From assembly GCA_913043225.1 (NCBI GenBank), contig CAJWLU010000019.1:1-64000 (forward strand): a stretch of 64,000 nt of DNA, written 5' to 3'. The DNA comes from an uncultured Acidobacteriota bacterium (GTDB lineage Bacteria; Acidobacteriota; Vicinamibacteria; Vicinamibacterales; UBA8438). Shown piece by piece: positions 37,036 through 46,198 of this stretch. The stretch's first letter is position 1. Each line of letters starts with the position of its first letter. The notes below the pieces were generated by a model. The model did not search any database. It was not told where the DNA came from and worked only from the letters and a program-made list of their open reading frames with translations. The translations under genes and the position numbers were made by a program.

Positions 37036-39348
37036 CTACCGCAGCTGCATGTCAACCTGATCGAAATAGTCCCGCGCCACGAGCACCTCGCGTGCCTTGC
37101 TCCCGCTTCCTGGCGCCACGAGTCCGTCGGCCTCCATCATGTCGACCAGCCTGGCTGCGCGACTGAACCCGATGCGCAGCCGACGCTGGAGATAAGAGAT
37201 CGATGCCTGGCCTGCGGCCACCACGAGGCGAGCCGCGTCGTCGTAGAGGTCATCCTTCTCGAACGCCGCCGCCCCCTCCGCCGGCTTCTCTTCCGCCGTG
37301 ATGGCACTGTCGTAGGCTGGTGCACCCTGTTTTCGCAGAAAGCCGCAGACCCGGGCCGTCTCCTGCTCAGAGATGTACGGGCCATGCACACGCACGACCC
37401 GTGAGGAGGCCGGCGGCAGATACAGCATGTCGCCCCGTCCCAGGAGTTGCTCTGCACCGTTGCTGTCGAGAATGGTCCGCGAGTCGACCTTCGACGACAC
37501 CCGGAAGGCGATTCTGGACGGCAGATTTGCCTTGATCAGCCCGGTAATGACGTCGACCGACGGCCGCTGAGTCGCTAGGATCAGATGGATACCAACCGCC
37601 CGCGCCATCTGCGCAAGTCGGGCGATCGACTCCTCGACCTCGTGTCCGGCGATCATCATCAGGTCGGCTAGTTCGTCGATGGCCAGCACGATCGCGGGCA
37701 ACCGCCGCGGGGGCTCTTCGGCATTTGCCTCGTTGTTTGCCACGCGCTTGCGCTTGCGCTTCGAGCGCGCGGCTTCGTCCAGTTGACGATTGATGTTGCG
37801 GTTGTACTGCTCGAGATTACGCACTCCTTCGGCCGCGAGCAGCTTGTACCGCTCCTCCATCTCCCGCACCGCCCACCGTAGGGCGTTGGCCGCCAGCTTG
37901 GGCTCGACCACCACCGGGGTTAATAGATGCGGGATGTCCTCGTACATACCTAATTCGAGCCGCTTCGGGTCAATCATGATTAAACGCACATCGTCCGGCG
38001 TGGCCCGATAGAGGATGCTCGTGAGCATCGCATTCATCGCGACACTCTTGCCAGTCCCCGTCGATCCAGCGATCAGGAGGTGCGGCATCGTCGCCAGATC
38101 TCCCGCAATCGGTTCACCATGAATCGTTCGACCGAGCGCCAACGTCAACTTCGACGAAGACTCCCGATAGGGTCCGGCCTCGACCATCTGCCGGAGAGAG
38201 ATCTGCTCCCGCACCCGATTCGGAATTTGGATACCGACTGTCGATTTGCCAGGCAGCCGCTCGATCAAGACAGACTCGGCCTGCATCGCCAGGCATAGAT
38301 CGTCGGCGAGCCCGGTGACTTTGCTGTACTTCACCCCGGCGTCCGGCTTGAACTCGAAGGTTGTGACGACAGGGCCCGGGTGAATCTGCACCACCGACCC
38401 CTCCACGGAGAACTCGCGGCACTTGTCCTCAAGCAGGCGCGCGTTGTCCATGAGCTCCCGCTCGTCGAACTTGTGCGCAGCCCGCGGCGGATCGAGCAGC
38501 GAAAGTGGCGGCAACGTGAAGGCCCCACCCTGGCGCCGCTCGGCCGGCGTCGCAGACGGCGGGTCTGGCAGCGGGAGTGGCACCGACTCGGGCGCCGTGA
38601 TGGAGGGCTCTGCCGGCCCGCGCTTCTCCCGTCGCTTCGGTGGCCGACGGGGCGGGGGTGTTGCTCCCTTTGCCAGGACTTCGGCGCGGGCTGATGACGC
38701 GCCGGTGCGATCCAGGTGCTTCTGCAGTACTTCGCGGCGCGCACGCGCCTTGCGCCGATCGGACCACCAGGCCCGAAACGACTCGCTCATCCTCGAGCCC
38801 CCGCGAGCCACGCGTGAGCCGGCCGACTGCGCCAATTGACCGAACGAGAGTTGGGTCGTCAGAACCAGCGAGAGGAAGAGCAGGGTTAGGATGAACAGGA
38901 TGGATCCCGTTCGATTGAGATACTCCGCTAGCAGACCCGCCAACCAGCTACCGACATAGCCGCCGGCAAGAAACGTTTGCCCGCCATCGAATCCGCCGAC
39001 CGCTAGGCTGGCAAAGGTCGCCGCGCATCCAAGTGCGACCGCAAGACCGATCAACTTCGTGTACGCCGCGTCGATTGGCCGACACCAGAAGTAGTGCCAC
39101 CCTAGCGTGCCCAACACGACCGGCAAAAGGAATGCAGGGAAGCCGACTAACTGGTAGGACAGCTCGGCCAGGAACGCCCCCACCCGCCCGGCAAAGTTCG
39201 CCGGCGGCTCCTGTCCCCCGGCACTGAAGAACCACACCGGGTCGGCGGCGTCGTAGCTGGCCAGCGCGATCACCCAGAACAGCGATGCCGCGAACAGCGC
39301 TATTCCAACGAGCTCGCTGACGCGACGGGACAGTGTTGAAGCAGACAC
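37036..39348 (-). CDS. ftsK: DNA translocase FtsK
   Basis: N-terminal TMs; MPHLLIAGSTGTGKSV, IDELADLM, ATQRPSVDVITG; gamma domain LQRRLRIGFSRAAR. Confidence 0.97.
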   Translation of the reverse strand: MSASTLSRRVSELVGIALFAASLFWVIALASYDAADPVWFFSAGGQEPPANFAGRVGAFLAELSYQLVGFPAFLLPVVLGTLGWHYFWCRPIDAAYTKLIGLAVALGCAATFASLAVGGFDGGQTFLAGGYVGSWLAGLLAEYLNRTGSILFILTLLFLSLVLTTQLSFGQLAQSAGSRVARGGSRMSESFRAWWSDRRKARARREVLQKHLDRTGASSARAEVLAKGATPPPRRPPKRREKRGPAEPSITAPESVPLPLPDPPSATPAERRQGGAFTLPPLSLLDPPRAAHKFDERELMDNARLLEDKCREFSVEGSVVQIHPGPVVTTFEFKPDAGVKYSKVTGLADDLCLAMQAESVLIERLPGKSTVGIQIPNRVREQISLRQMVEAGPYRESSSKLTLALGRTIHGEPIAGDLATMPHLLIAGSTGTGKSVAMNAMLTSILYRATPDDVRLIMIDPKRLELGMYEDIPHLLTPVVVEPKLAANALRWAVREMEERYKLLAAEGVRNLEQYNRNINRQLDEAARSKRKRKRVANNEANAEEPPRRLPAIVLAIDELADLMMIAGHEVEESIARLAQMARAVGIHLILATQRPSVDVITGLIKANLPSRIAFRVSSKVDSRTILDSNGAEQLLGRGDMLYLPPASSRVVRVHGPYISEQETARVCGFLRKQGAPAYDSAITAEEKPAEGAAAFEKDDLYDDAARLVVAAGQASISYLQRRLRIGFSRAARLVDMMEADGLVAPGSGSKAREVLVARDYFDQVDMQLR

Positions 39349-39351
39349 AGC

Positions 39352-41040
39352 TCAGGTCTCCATGATGACCGGCAACACCAGCGGCCGCCGACCCACCCGT
39401 TTACGAAACTCACGTTGCACCTCGATGCGCACCCTTTCGGTCAGGAGTCCTTGGTCCGACCGTTCGTCCGGCGCAGCACTGTCTATCGCCTCCGTGACCA
39501 ACGACGGCACGGCCTCAAGGAGGGAATCGGTCTGGGCGTCGACCACGACGCCACGGGTCATTACCTCCGGCGTTCCCTCAACGCGCCCTTCCTGCAAATT
39601 CAACGCAATGACCGGCACCACTACGCCGTCTGTCGCTAGACGACGCCGCTGGCGCAAGACCTCCTCTTCGACCTCGCCCGAACGCGTCCTGTCGATGAGC
39701 ACTCGACCGGTCGGCAAACGACCGTCGAGACCGCCGGTCCCCGGCGCGAGTCGGATCACGTCACCGTTTTCGGCGAGCAGTACTGTGGTTCGCCCTCCAG
39801 TCACCCGGGCCGCCACGCGCGCATGCTCCGCCAGGTAGCGATACTCCCCGTGTATCGGAACAAAATACCGTGGCCTTACCAGCGAGAGCATCAGCTTTAG
39901 CTCTTCGGCGCTCCCATGTCCGGAGACATGCACCCTCTTGCGGTCTTCGTCGATCACCTGGGCGCCACGCCGCGTGAGGTGGTCCATCACCCGGCCGATC
40001 GCACGTCGGTTGCCTGGAATCTTTCGCGCTGAAAAGACGACCACGTCGCCGGACTCGACCGTAACCGAGCGATGGTCGCCACCCGCGATCCGCGACAGGG
40101 CCGCCATCGGCTCTCCCTGTGAGCCGGTGGCCACACACACCACCCGCTCCGCCGGGTACTCTGGCACATCGACATCACGAACCTGCAGCCCGACCGGGAG
40201 CTGCAAGTGGCCCAGTTCTTCGGCGATGGTCGCGTTTTGCACAACACTGCGTCCAACGAACGCGAGTTTCCGGCCGAACTGCTGGGCAAGATCGCCAATC
40301 AGCTGTATCCGGTGGAGGCTGGACGAGAAGGCGGTGACGACCAGCTTCCCGCGGGCACTCCCGAAAATCTCCTCCAACCCAGGCACCACGTCGCGCTCCG
40401 AGCCGGTGAATCCAGGTCGATCAATGTTCGTACTGTCGCCGAACAACGCCAGTACCCCGTCGCGCCCCAACTCGGCGAAACGGTGCGCGTCAAGGATCTC
40501 GCCATCGAGAGGGGTCTGATCGAACTTGAAGTCGCCCGTATGCACGATGACGCCTGCCGGTGTGTGGATTGCCACCGCCACACAGTCCGGCAGGCTGTGG
40601 GTGACCCGGATGAACTCGATCGTCACCTCGCCGACCCGCGCCTCTCCGCCGGCAGGCAGCGGAGTCAGACGCTCGGTTGGATCCAGCCCGTGCTCGCGCA
40701 GCGTCGGCGTCACGAGCGCCAAGGTCAGCGGCGTGCCGTAGACTGGGCCCTCGATCGACGACCAGAGATACGGGAGCGCCCCGATATGATCCTCATGCCC
40801 ATGGGTCAGCACCACGGCCGACAGTCGCCCGATCCGTTCCTGCAGCGCCGCCAGATCCGGGATCACCAAGTCGACCCCGAGCAGCTCTGGACCGGGAAAC
40901 ATGGCGCCGGCGTCCACGAGGATCGCAGTCTCGTCCCAAACGACGAGCAGCATGTTCATGCCGAACTCGCCGAGACCACCCAACGGGATCGCTTCAAGCG
41001 TCCGCCCCGTGGGCGAAGCCCGCTCAGCCATGGACACCAT
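39352..41040 (-). CDS. rnj: Ribonuclease J
   Basis: PLGGLGEFGMN, THGHEDHIGA, HTGDFK, GSQGEP, HVSGHG, PIHGE; start uncertain (41031-41055). Confidence 0.95.
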   Translation of the reverse strand: MVSMAERASPTGRTLEAIPLGGLGEFGMNMLLVVWDETAILVDAGAMFPGPELLGVDLVIPDLAALQERIGRLSAVVLTHGHEDHIGALPYLWSSIEGPVYGTPLTLALVTPTLREHGLDPTERLTPLPAGGEARVGEVTIEFIRVTHSLPDCVAVAIHTPAGVIVHTGDFKFDQTPLDGEILDAHRFAELGRDGVLALFGDSTNIDRPGFTGSERDVVPGLEEIFGSARGKLVVTAFSSSLHRIQLIGDLAQQFGRKLAFVGRSVVQNATIAEELGHLQLPVGLQVRDVDVPEYPAERVVCVATGSQGEPMAALSRIAGGDHRSVTVESGDVVVFSARKIPGNRRAIGRVMDHLTRRGAQVIDEDRKRVHVSGHGSAEELKLMLSLVRPRYFVPIHGEYRYLAEHARVAARVTGGRTTVLLAENGDVIRLAPGTGGLDGRLPTGRVLIDRTRSGEVEEEVLRQRRRLATDGVVVPVIALNLQEGRVEGTPEVMTRGVVVDAQTDSLLEAVPSLVTEAIDSAAPDERSDQGLLTERVRIEVQREFRKRVGRRPLVLPVIMET

Positions 41041-41263
41041 CCGGTGTAGGCACACTCCTAGGTCGTACGCACTATGGATGGCCGCGGCGGGCCACGTTCA
41101 GAGGGCCCGCCCGGCGCTCGTCGGGGAGACCGACGACACCGATCCGACGGTGTCAGGCGCCTGGGTGCACCTGAAGGGTAGGGACAGACGCCTATCAGGC
41201 GTCGTCAAGGCCAACTGTAGCACAGTGCTGGGCATTCGGGCGCCCACAGGAAAGCACTCACAC

Positions 41264-42112
41264 CTAACGACGCTCGGCTCCTATCGCATCTGCCAACCTG
41301 GACAGTGACCTCAAATCCAGGGTTTCAGCCCTGACATCCGCCTCCAGCCTTGCCGCCTCCAGCAGCCTCCGTGGTGCCACGTCGGTTAGAGAGGCGGCGA
41401 AGGGTCGAAGGGCATTCGCCAAGGTCTTCCGTCGTTGGGAGAAGAGCGCTCTAACCATATCGCTGAACAGACCGAGATCTGCGATCTCGACCGGTGGCGG
41501 ACGAAAGCTAAGCCGAACAAGCGCTGAATCGACCCGTGGCGGAGGGCGGAACGCGCCGGGAGGTAACCGCAGCACCACGCTCGCGTCTGCTGATAGCTCG
41601 CACAGGATGGCGAGCGGGCCATAGGCGCGGGTTCCGGGACGACCGGCCACGCGCTCTGCCACCTCCCGCTGCAACATGAGCGTGGCGTCGGAGAATCGCC
41701 CGCACGCCCGTTGCAGTTCGAGAAGGCGGAACAATATCGGCGACGAAAGGCTATATGGCAGATTGCCCGCGACACGCATAGATTCGCCTGAACCCGACAC
41801 CGATTCGAGGAGGGCCAGGACATCTTCGTCGAGCACGTTTCCGGTGACCACCGTGACTCCGACGCCAGCCGCCTGTCGGAGATCACCCGCCAGATCGCGA
41901 TCGATCTCGATAGCGACCACCCGGCTTCCCGCGGCGGCTAGCGGGGTAGTGAGCTGACCCCTCCCGGGACCTATCTCCAGAAATAATTCCCCCGGGCGAG
42001 GGCCAATGGCAGCCACCACCTTCCGGACCCAGTTGGGCTCGAGGAAATGCTGCCCGAAACGTTTCCTGACCGGCCGACGATGGCCCGCTCCCGGTCCGAG
42101 TTCAGCCGTCAC
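41264..42112 (-). CDS. rsmA: 16S rRNA m6,2A dimethyltransferase
   Basis: KRFGQHFL, EIGPGRG, GNLPY, LQREVAER, FRPPPRVDSA. Confidence 0.96.
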   Translation of the reverse strand: MTAELGPGAGHRRPVRKRFGQHFLEPNWVRKVVAAIGPRPGELFLEIGPGRGQLTTPLAAAGSRVVAIEIDRDLAGDLRQAAGVGVTVVTGNVLDEDVLALLESVSGSGESMRVAGNLPYSLSSPILFRLLELQRACGRFSDATLMLQREVAERVAGRPGTRAYGPLAILCELSADASVVLRLPPGAFRPPPRVDSALVRLSFRPPPVEIADLGLFSDMVRALFSQRRKTLANALRPFAASLTDVAPRRLLEAARLEADVRAETLDLRSLSRLADAIGAERR

Positions 42113-42494
42113 GAGCCCCTCGCCAATATCGTTCCTCGATCTTCTCGATCTCCTCTTCGCTCAGGCCGAAATAGTGCCCGAATTCGTGGATTAGAGTTTC
42201 ACCGATGGCGACAGCTACGTCGTCTTCGGTCCCGCTGTCGGCTTCCATCGGAAGCTGAAACAGCGTGACCCGGTCGGGCAACGTGTTCCCGTGCGCCCAA
42301 TCCCGCTCCGGCAATGGCACGCCCTCGTAGAGCCCGAACAGTGTGTCGGGTGGCTCGAGACCCATAAGCTCGAGTAGTTCGAGTGTCGGCTCATCCTCGA
42401 CCACCACCGCGACGTTCTTGATCTCGGTGCGGAAGGCGTCTGGCAAGCGGTCTATCGCCCGGCTCACAAGTTCCTCGAACCTTGCACGTGTCAC
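42102..42494 (-). CDS. Zincin-like metallopeptidase (DUF1025/Zincin_1)
   Basis: LFGLYEGVPL.ER...PDRVTLF...TLIHEFGHYFGL. Confidence 0.9.
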   Translation of the reverse strand: MTRARFEELVSRAIDRLPDAFRTEIKNVAVVVEDEPTLELLELMGLEPPDTLFGLYEGVPLPERDWAHGNTLPDRVTLFQLPMEADSGTEDDVAVAIGETLIHEFGHYFGLSEEEIEKIEERYWRGARDG

Positions 42495-43192
42495 CGCGGG
42501 TGCCTGTAGCTGCGAGCGGGCCGCACCTCGCCACCCTCGACGAAAAATCGGCAGTCGTCCCGCACCCGGCACCGGTCACATAGCGGCTTCGGTTTGCACA
42601 CCCGGCGTCCGTGCAGGATGAGGGTGTCGGATGATCGTGTCCACCGCGCATGAGGTAACTTCTCGCTGAGTTGCCGCTCGACGACGACGGGATTCTTCGA
42701 GCGCGCGATGCCGAGGCGGTTCGCAACGCGGAGCACGTGACGGTCGACGGGCAATCCGGGCACCCCGAGGGCATGCCCCAGCACCACGTTCGCGGTCTTG
42801 CGTCCGACGCCAGGAAGCGCAACAAGCGCTTCCCGCTCGGCCGGCACTTCGCCGCCATGGTGGGCCACAAGCCCACGGGCCATCCCTGCGAGGGAACGCG
42901 CCTTAGAGCGGAAGAATCCGGTCGGCTTAATTTGCGGCGCTAGCTCCTCGGGCGTTGCCTCGGCTAGCGCCGCGGGGTCTGGATAGCGAGCAAAGAGCGC
43001 AGGGGTCACCTCGTTGACCCGCTCGTCGGTGCACTGAGCGGAGAGGATCGTCGCCGCGAGCAGCTCGTATGCGTTCGTGTAGTGGAGCTCGGTGTCCGCA
43101 TCCGGATGCTGGGTCTCAAGCCGTCGAAGGATGCGGCGCGTGGCCGTGCGGTCGTGATTCGGGGTGGCAACGGGAGCGGCTTCCCTCGGCAT
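42491..43192 (-). CDS. nth: Endonuclease III
   Basis: LSAQCTD.RVN, LPGVGRKTANVV, VDRH, C-x6-C-x2-C-x5-C Fe-S motif. Confidence 0.96.
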   Translation of the reverse strand: MPREAAPVATPNHDRTATRRILRRLETQHPDADTELHYTNAYELLAATILSAQCTDERVNEVTPALFARYPDPAALAEATPEELAPQIKPTGFFRSKARSLAGMARGLVAHHGGEVPAEREALVALPGVGRKTANVVLGHALGVPGLPVDRHVLRVANRLGIARSKNPVVVERQLSEKLPHARWTRSSDTLILHGRRVCKPKPLCDRCRVRDDCRFFVEGGEVRPARSYRHPR

Positions 43193-43236
43193 GCTGTCAT
43201 GCTACCAGCCTCCGCGTGCACTATCCCACGCAGCAG

Positions 43237-43551
43237 TCAGTGCACGTCCTTGCCCCACTCTCCCTGGCCCGGCCCTCCCTCGGTACAGGCGCGGAGGTGC
43301 TCCTGCAGGGCGTTAATCAGGTTCGGCACGAACGCCATCGGAACGACCACGCGCTGACGCACCGGGGCCTTGAGCACCCGCTGTTCGCCTGCCTCACGTA
43401 CCACCTGCTCAGTAGGGGGTAGCACCTCGCAGAAAGTCAAAGTGAAATCGAAGGGGGTATGGGAGATCGCGCAGAAGTTTGAATAGGTTCTCCTAACGGA
43501 TGACGACTCGTCGGGAACAATGGTGAAGTTGATCTGCTGTCGCTCGCTCAT
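43237..43551 (-). CDS. DUF3467-like protein
   Basis: YSNFCAISHTPFDFTLTF...RVVVP..FVPNLINAL. Confidence 0.8.
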   Translation of the reverse strand: MSERQQINFTIVPDESSSVRRTYSNFCAISHTPFDFTLTFCEVLPPTEQVVREAGEQRVLKAPVRQRVVVPMAFVPNLINALQEHLRACTEGGPGQGEWGKDVH

Positions 43552-43709
43552 CGGTAGTGACCTTTGTCTGGTATGAGGCACGGTCGCCGGCGCTCCGCCG
43601 ACGCTGGATATGGTATCCGCAGGCGGGGGTGCAGTTTCGCTGGTATTCAACGCACCGCTAAGCAGCCCTGTATATAGGACTGCGATCTGGAACCACGCTC
43701 ATAGTGGTA

Positions 43710-44315
43710 CTAGTACCGACGCATCACGCCTACGACGACACCCTGCACCTGCACAGTGTCGGCAGGAACGACGATCGGCTGGAGCCGCTCATTGGCCGGC
43801 TGCAACCGTACGTGCCCCTTCTCCCGATAGAACTTCTTGAGCGTCACGTCGGTCCTATCCAGAAGGGCGATCACCATCTCGCCGTTGTGGGCGGTCTGTC
43901 GATCTTCAACGACCACGAGATCGCCATCCCGGATCTGCTCATCAATCATCGAGTCGCCACGCACACGCAGCGCGTAGGTGTCTCGTGTTCCGGCGAGATC
44001 CTCTGGCACAGAGACGGTCTCGGCGCTCACGACCGCCTCGATCGGAGCCCCGGCCGCCACATAGCCCAACAGTGGCAGGTCAAGCGCGCGTGCCCCCATC
44101 ACGCCCGGCACCAGCTCCACCGAGCGGCTGCGGTTCCAGGCGCGCCGGATGAATCCTTTGTCCTGAAGATTTGTCAGATGCTTGTGGACTGTCGCGAGCG
44201 AGGAGAGGCCGAAGCGACGGCCGATCTCCTCTAGGCTCGGGGCGTATCCCCGCTCGTCTATGAACTCGTGAAGGTAGTCCAGGATCTCGCGCTGACGCTT
44301 GGTTAGTGGCTGCAT
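43710..44315 (-). CDS. lexA: SOS repressor LexA
   Basis: LTKRQREIL, APSLEEI, VAAG.P cleavage site, GDSM, TLKK. Confidence 0.97.
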   Translation of the reverse strand: MQPLTKRQREILDYLHEFIDERGYAPSLEEIGRRFGLSSLATVHKHLTNLQDKGFIRRAWNRSRSVELVPGVMGARALDLPLLGYVAAGAPIEAVVSAETVSVPEDLAGTRDTYALRVRGDSMIDEQIRDGDLVVVEDRQTAHNGEMVIALLDRTDVTLKKFYREKGHVRLQPANERLQPIVVPADTVQVQGVVVGVMRRY

Positions 44316-44373
44316 CCGATCCTCGAGGGTAAGGCCCGCCCGCTAGTGGCACGGCAGAACATTCGTCGCGGAG

Positions 44374-44402
44374 ATAATACGCAAACAAAAAGCGAACATC
44401 AA
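44374..44402 (-). promoter_or_regulatory. lexA promoter with embedded LexA box
   Basis: Minus strand TTGATG-17 nt-TATTAT; GTTC-gcttttt-GTTT (plus-strand 44383-44397) lies between the hexamers. Confidence 0.8.
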
Positions 44403-44431
44403 ATTGAACCCAACCAGATACCATTCGCCGG

Positions 44432-45382
44432 ATGCCGCGCCTCACACTGAACCCGCTTCCCGTCGCTGCCGGTCGGGTCGATGCGGTGGGATTCGGGCTA
44501 AACACGGTCGACCTGCTAGCGGTCGTAGGCGCCTATCCTGCGCCCGACACCAAGCAACCGCTGCAAGAACTGGTGGAACGGCCGGGCGGACAGGCAGCGA
44601 CGGCGATAACCGCATGTGCGCGCCTCGGCTGGCGCGCACGTTACGTTGGACGCTTCGGCAACGACAGGCATGCCACGCTCGCCCGCACCACGCTCCAAGC
44701 CGACGGTGTCGACCTGGATGGTTGCGAGGTCCTCGAAGTACCCCATCCGATCTCGCTGATTCTGGTCGACGACAAGGGCCGGCGGACAGTCCTCTGGCAG
44801 CGCGCGCCCGCCCTCAACTTCACGCCAGAGGAGGTTGATGCAGCATCGGTCACCTCGGGCCGCGTCCTGCTGGTCGACTGTCACCAGACCGCCGCGGCAA
44901 CCCGCGCAGCAGCTCTGGCTCGCAGCTTCGGGATCCCAACAGTGGTGGATGCCGAAAAGGTCCGCCCAGGGATCGAGGGCCTGCTCGCGCACATCGACGT
45001 AATCATCACCGCGCACACCTTTCCGGAGGCGTACACCGGTGCGTCGGGTCTTGGCGCCGCCCTCGAGAAACTGGCTGACCGTTTTCGCCCCACGCTGGTC
45101 TGCGCGACCCTGGGCGACGAGGGAAGCCTCTGCCTTGTCCAGGGACAGGAGCTCCGAACTCCCGGATTCAAGGTGCCAGTCGTCGACTCCACCGGAGCCG
45201 GCGATGCCTTTCGAGGTGGCTTCATCGCCGGTTGGCTCGCGGCGGGGGACCATGCCCCGGTCGAGCGGATCCTTACCTACGCGAATGCAGTTGCGGCCCT
45301 AAAGTGCCGAGCCCTTGGAGCCCGAACCGCGCTCCCTTCGAGAGCTGTGGTCGAAAGCCTCTTAAACGAGACCGGCCGATAA
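44432..45382 (+). CDS. PfkB-family carbohydrate kinase
   Basis: GGQAATA...RLG, G.FGND, VDSTGAGDAF. Confidence 0.93.
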   Translation: MPRLTLNPLPVAAGRVDAVGFGLNTVDLLAVVGAYPAPDTKQPLQELVERPGGQAATAITACARLGWRARYVGRFGNDRHATLARTTLQADGVDLDGCEVLEVPHPISLILVDDKGRRTVLWQRAPALNFTPEEVDAASVTSGRVLLVDCHQTAAATRAAALARSFGIPTVVDAEKVRPGIEGLLAHIDVIITAHTFPEAYTGASGLGAALEKLADRFRPTLVCATLGDEGSLCLVQGQELRTPGFKVPVVDSTGAGDAFRGGFIAGWLAAGDHAPVERILTYANAVAALKCRALGARTALPSRAVVESLLNETGR

Positions 45383-45568
45383 TTGACTTCCCTCCAGCTG
45401 ATCCCGCGTCGCTTCTTCGGGCGACGCGTCGAACGTCGCAAGCTCGACTTCGTGATGCCGGCGCGCAGCAGCGACGGCGAGAAGGGCACCGGTTGGCCGC
45501 GTTCGTCGATCCTCGACGTCGCGCTCGTTCTAACCAGTGCTGGTTCACGGCTACCGTATACTAGAGAC

Positions 45569-46198
45569 ATGCGCGGCGGTCGCGCCCTTCCTCAGCCTGC
45601 AGGTCGCTTGCGCCCCCTCGGGACAGCCTTGCTGCTTGTGCTGCTCAGCGTGCCCGGTGCCGCGCAGCTTTCGGATCTGGCCCAGGCGGCCGGTGTCCGC
45701 CTGGAGGCTAAGCTCACGAAGATCTTGGACTTCTCCCAAGTCGAAGGCCTAGAGCCCAGGTTAACAGTCCTCGAGGAAGACGAGATTAACGCATATCTAG
45801 CCCAGCAGGGCGTACCCCTCCTCCCTGAAGGCCTCACGCAGCCCGAGTTGACCATCGGCGATGACGATCGAGTCGATGCCGCCGTGGTGGTCGATCTGGA
45901 CCGTATTCGGGAATCGCGCTCGCGAAGCTGGTTAGACCCGCTGCAGTATCTCGGTGGACTCTTACCCATCACCGCGAGCGGCCGGGTTCGCTCAGCCGAC
46001 GGGCTGGCACATCTCGAGATCGACAGTGTTGCAATCGACGGGGTTCCGGTGCCGATTTCGGTGCTCCGAGAGCTAGTCCAGCACTATACGCGCACGCTCG
46101 ATCATCCCAGCGGTACCCGGATCGACGAGCCACTCCCGTTGCCTTACGGGATCGTCGGGCTGCGACTGGCCCCCGGACGCGCAGTTGTCGTGCAGTGA
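45569..46198 (+). CDS. Exported hypothetical protein
   Basis: Signal peptide; E.EINAYL; stop overlaps the recG start; start inferred from upstream TATACT. Confidence 0.7.
   Translation: MRGGRALPQPAGRLRPLGTALLLVLLSVPGAAQLSDLAQAAGVRLEAKLTKILDFSQVEGLEPRLTVLEEDEINAYLAQQGVPLLPEGLTQPELTIGDDDRVDAAVVVDLDRIRESRSRSWLDPLQYLGGLLPITASGRVRSADGLAHLEIDSVAIDGVPVPISVLRELVQHYTRTLDHPSGTRIDEPLPLPYGIVGLRLAPGRAVVVQ

Noticed and set aside
41120..41200. Glycine riboswitch-like words (GGAGA...GAAGG...TCAGG)
   Set aside because: Wrong strand relative to rnj, and spacing/consensus incomplete.
45383..45568. N-terminal extension of ORF 45383-46198
   Set aside because: The -10 box and signal peptide support the start at 45569.
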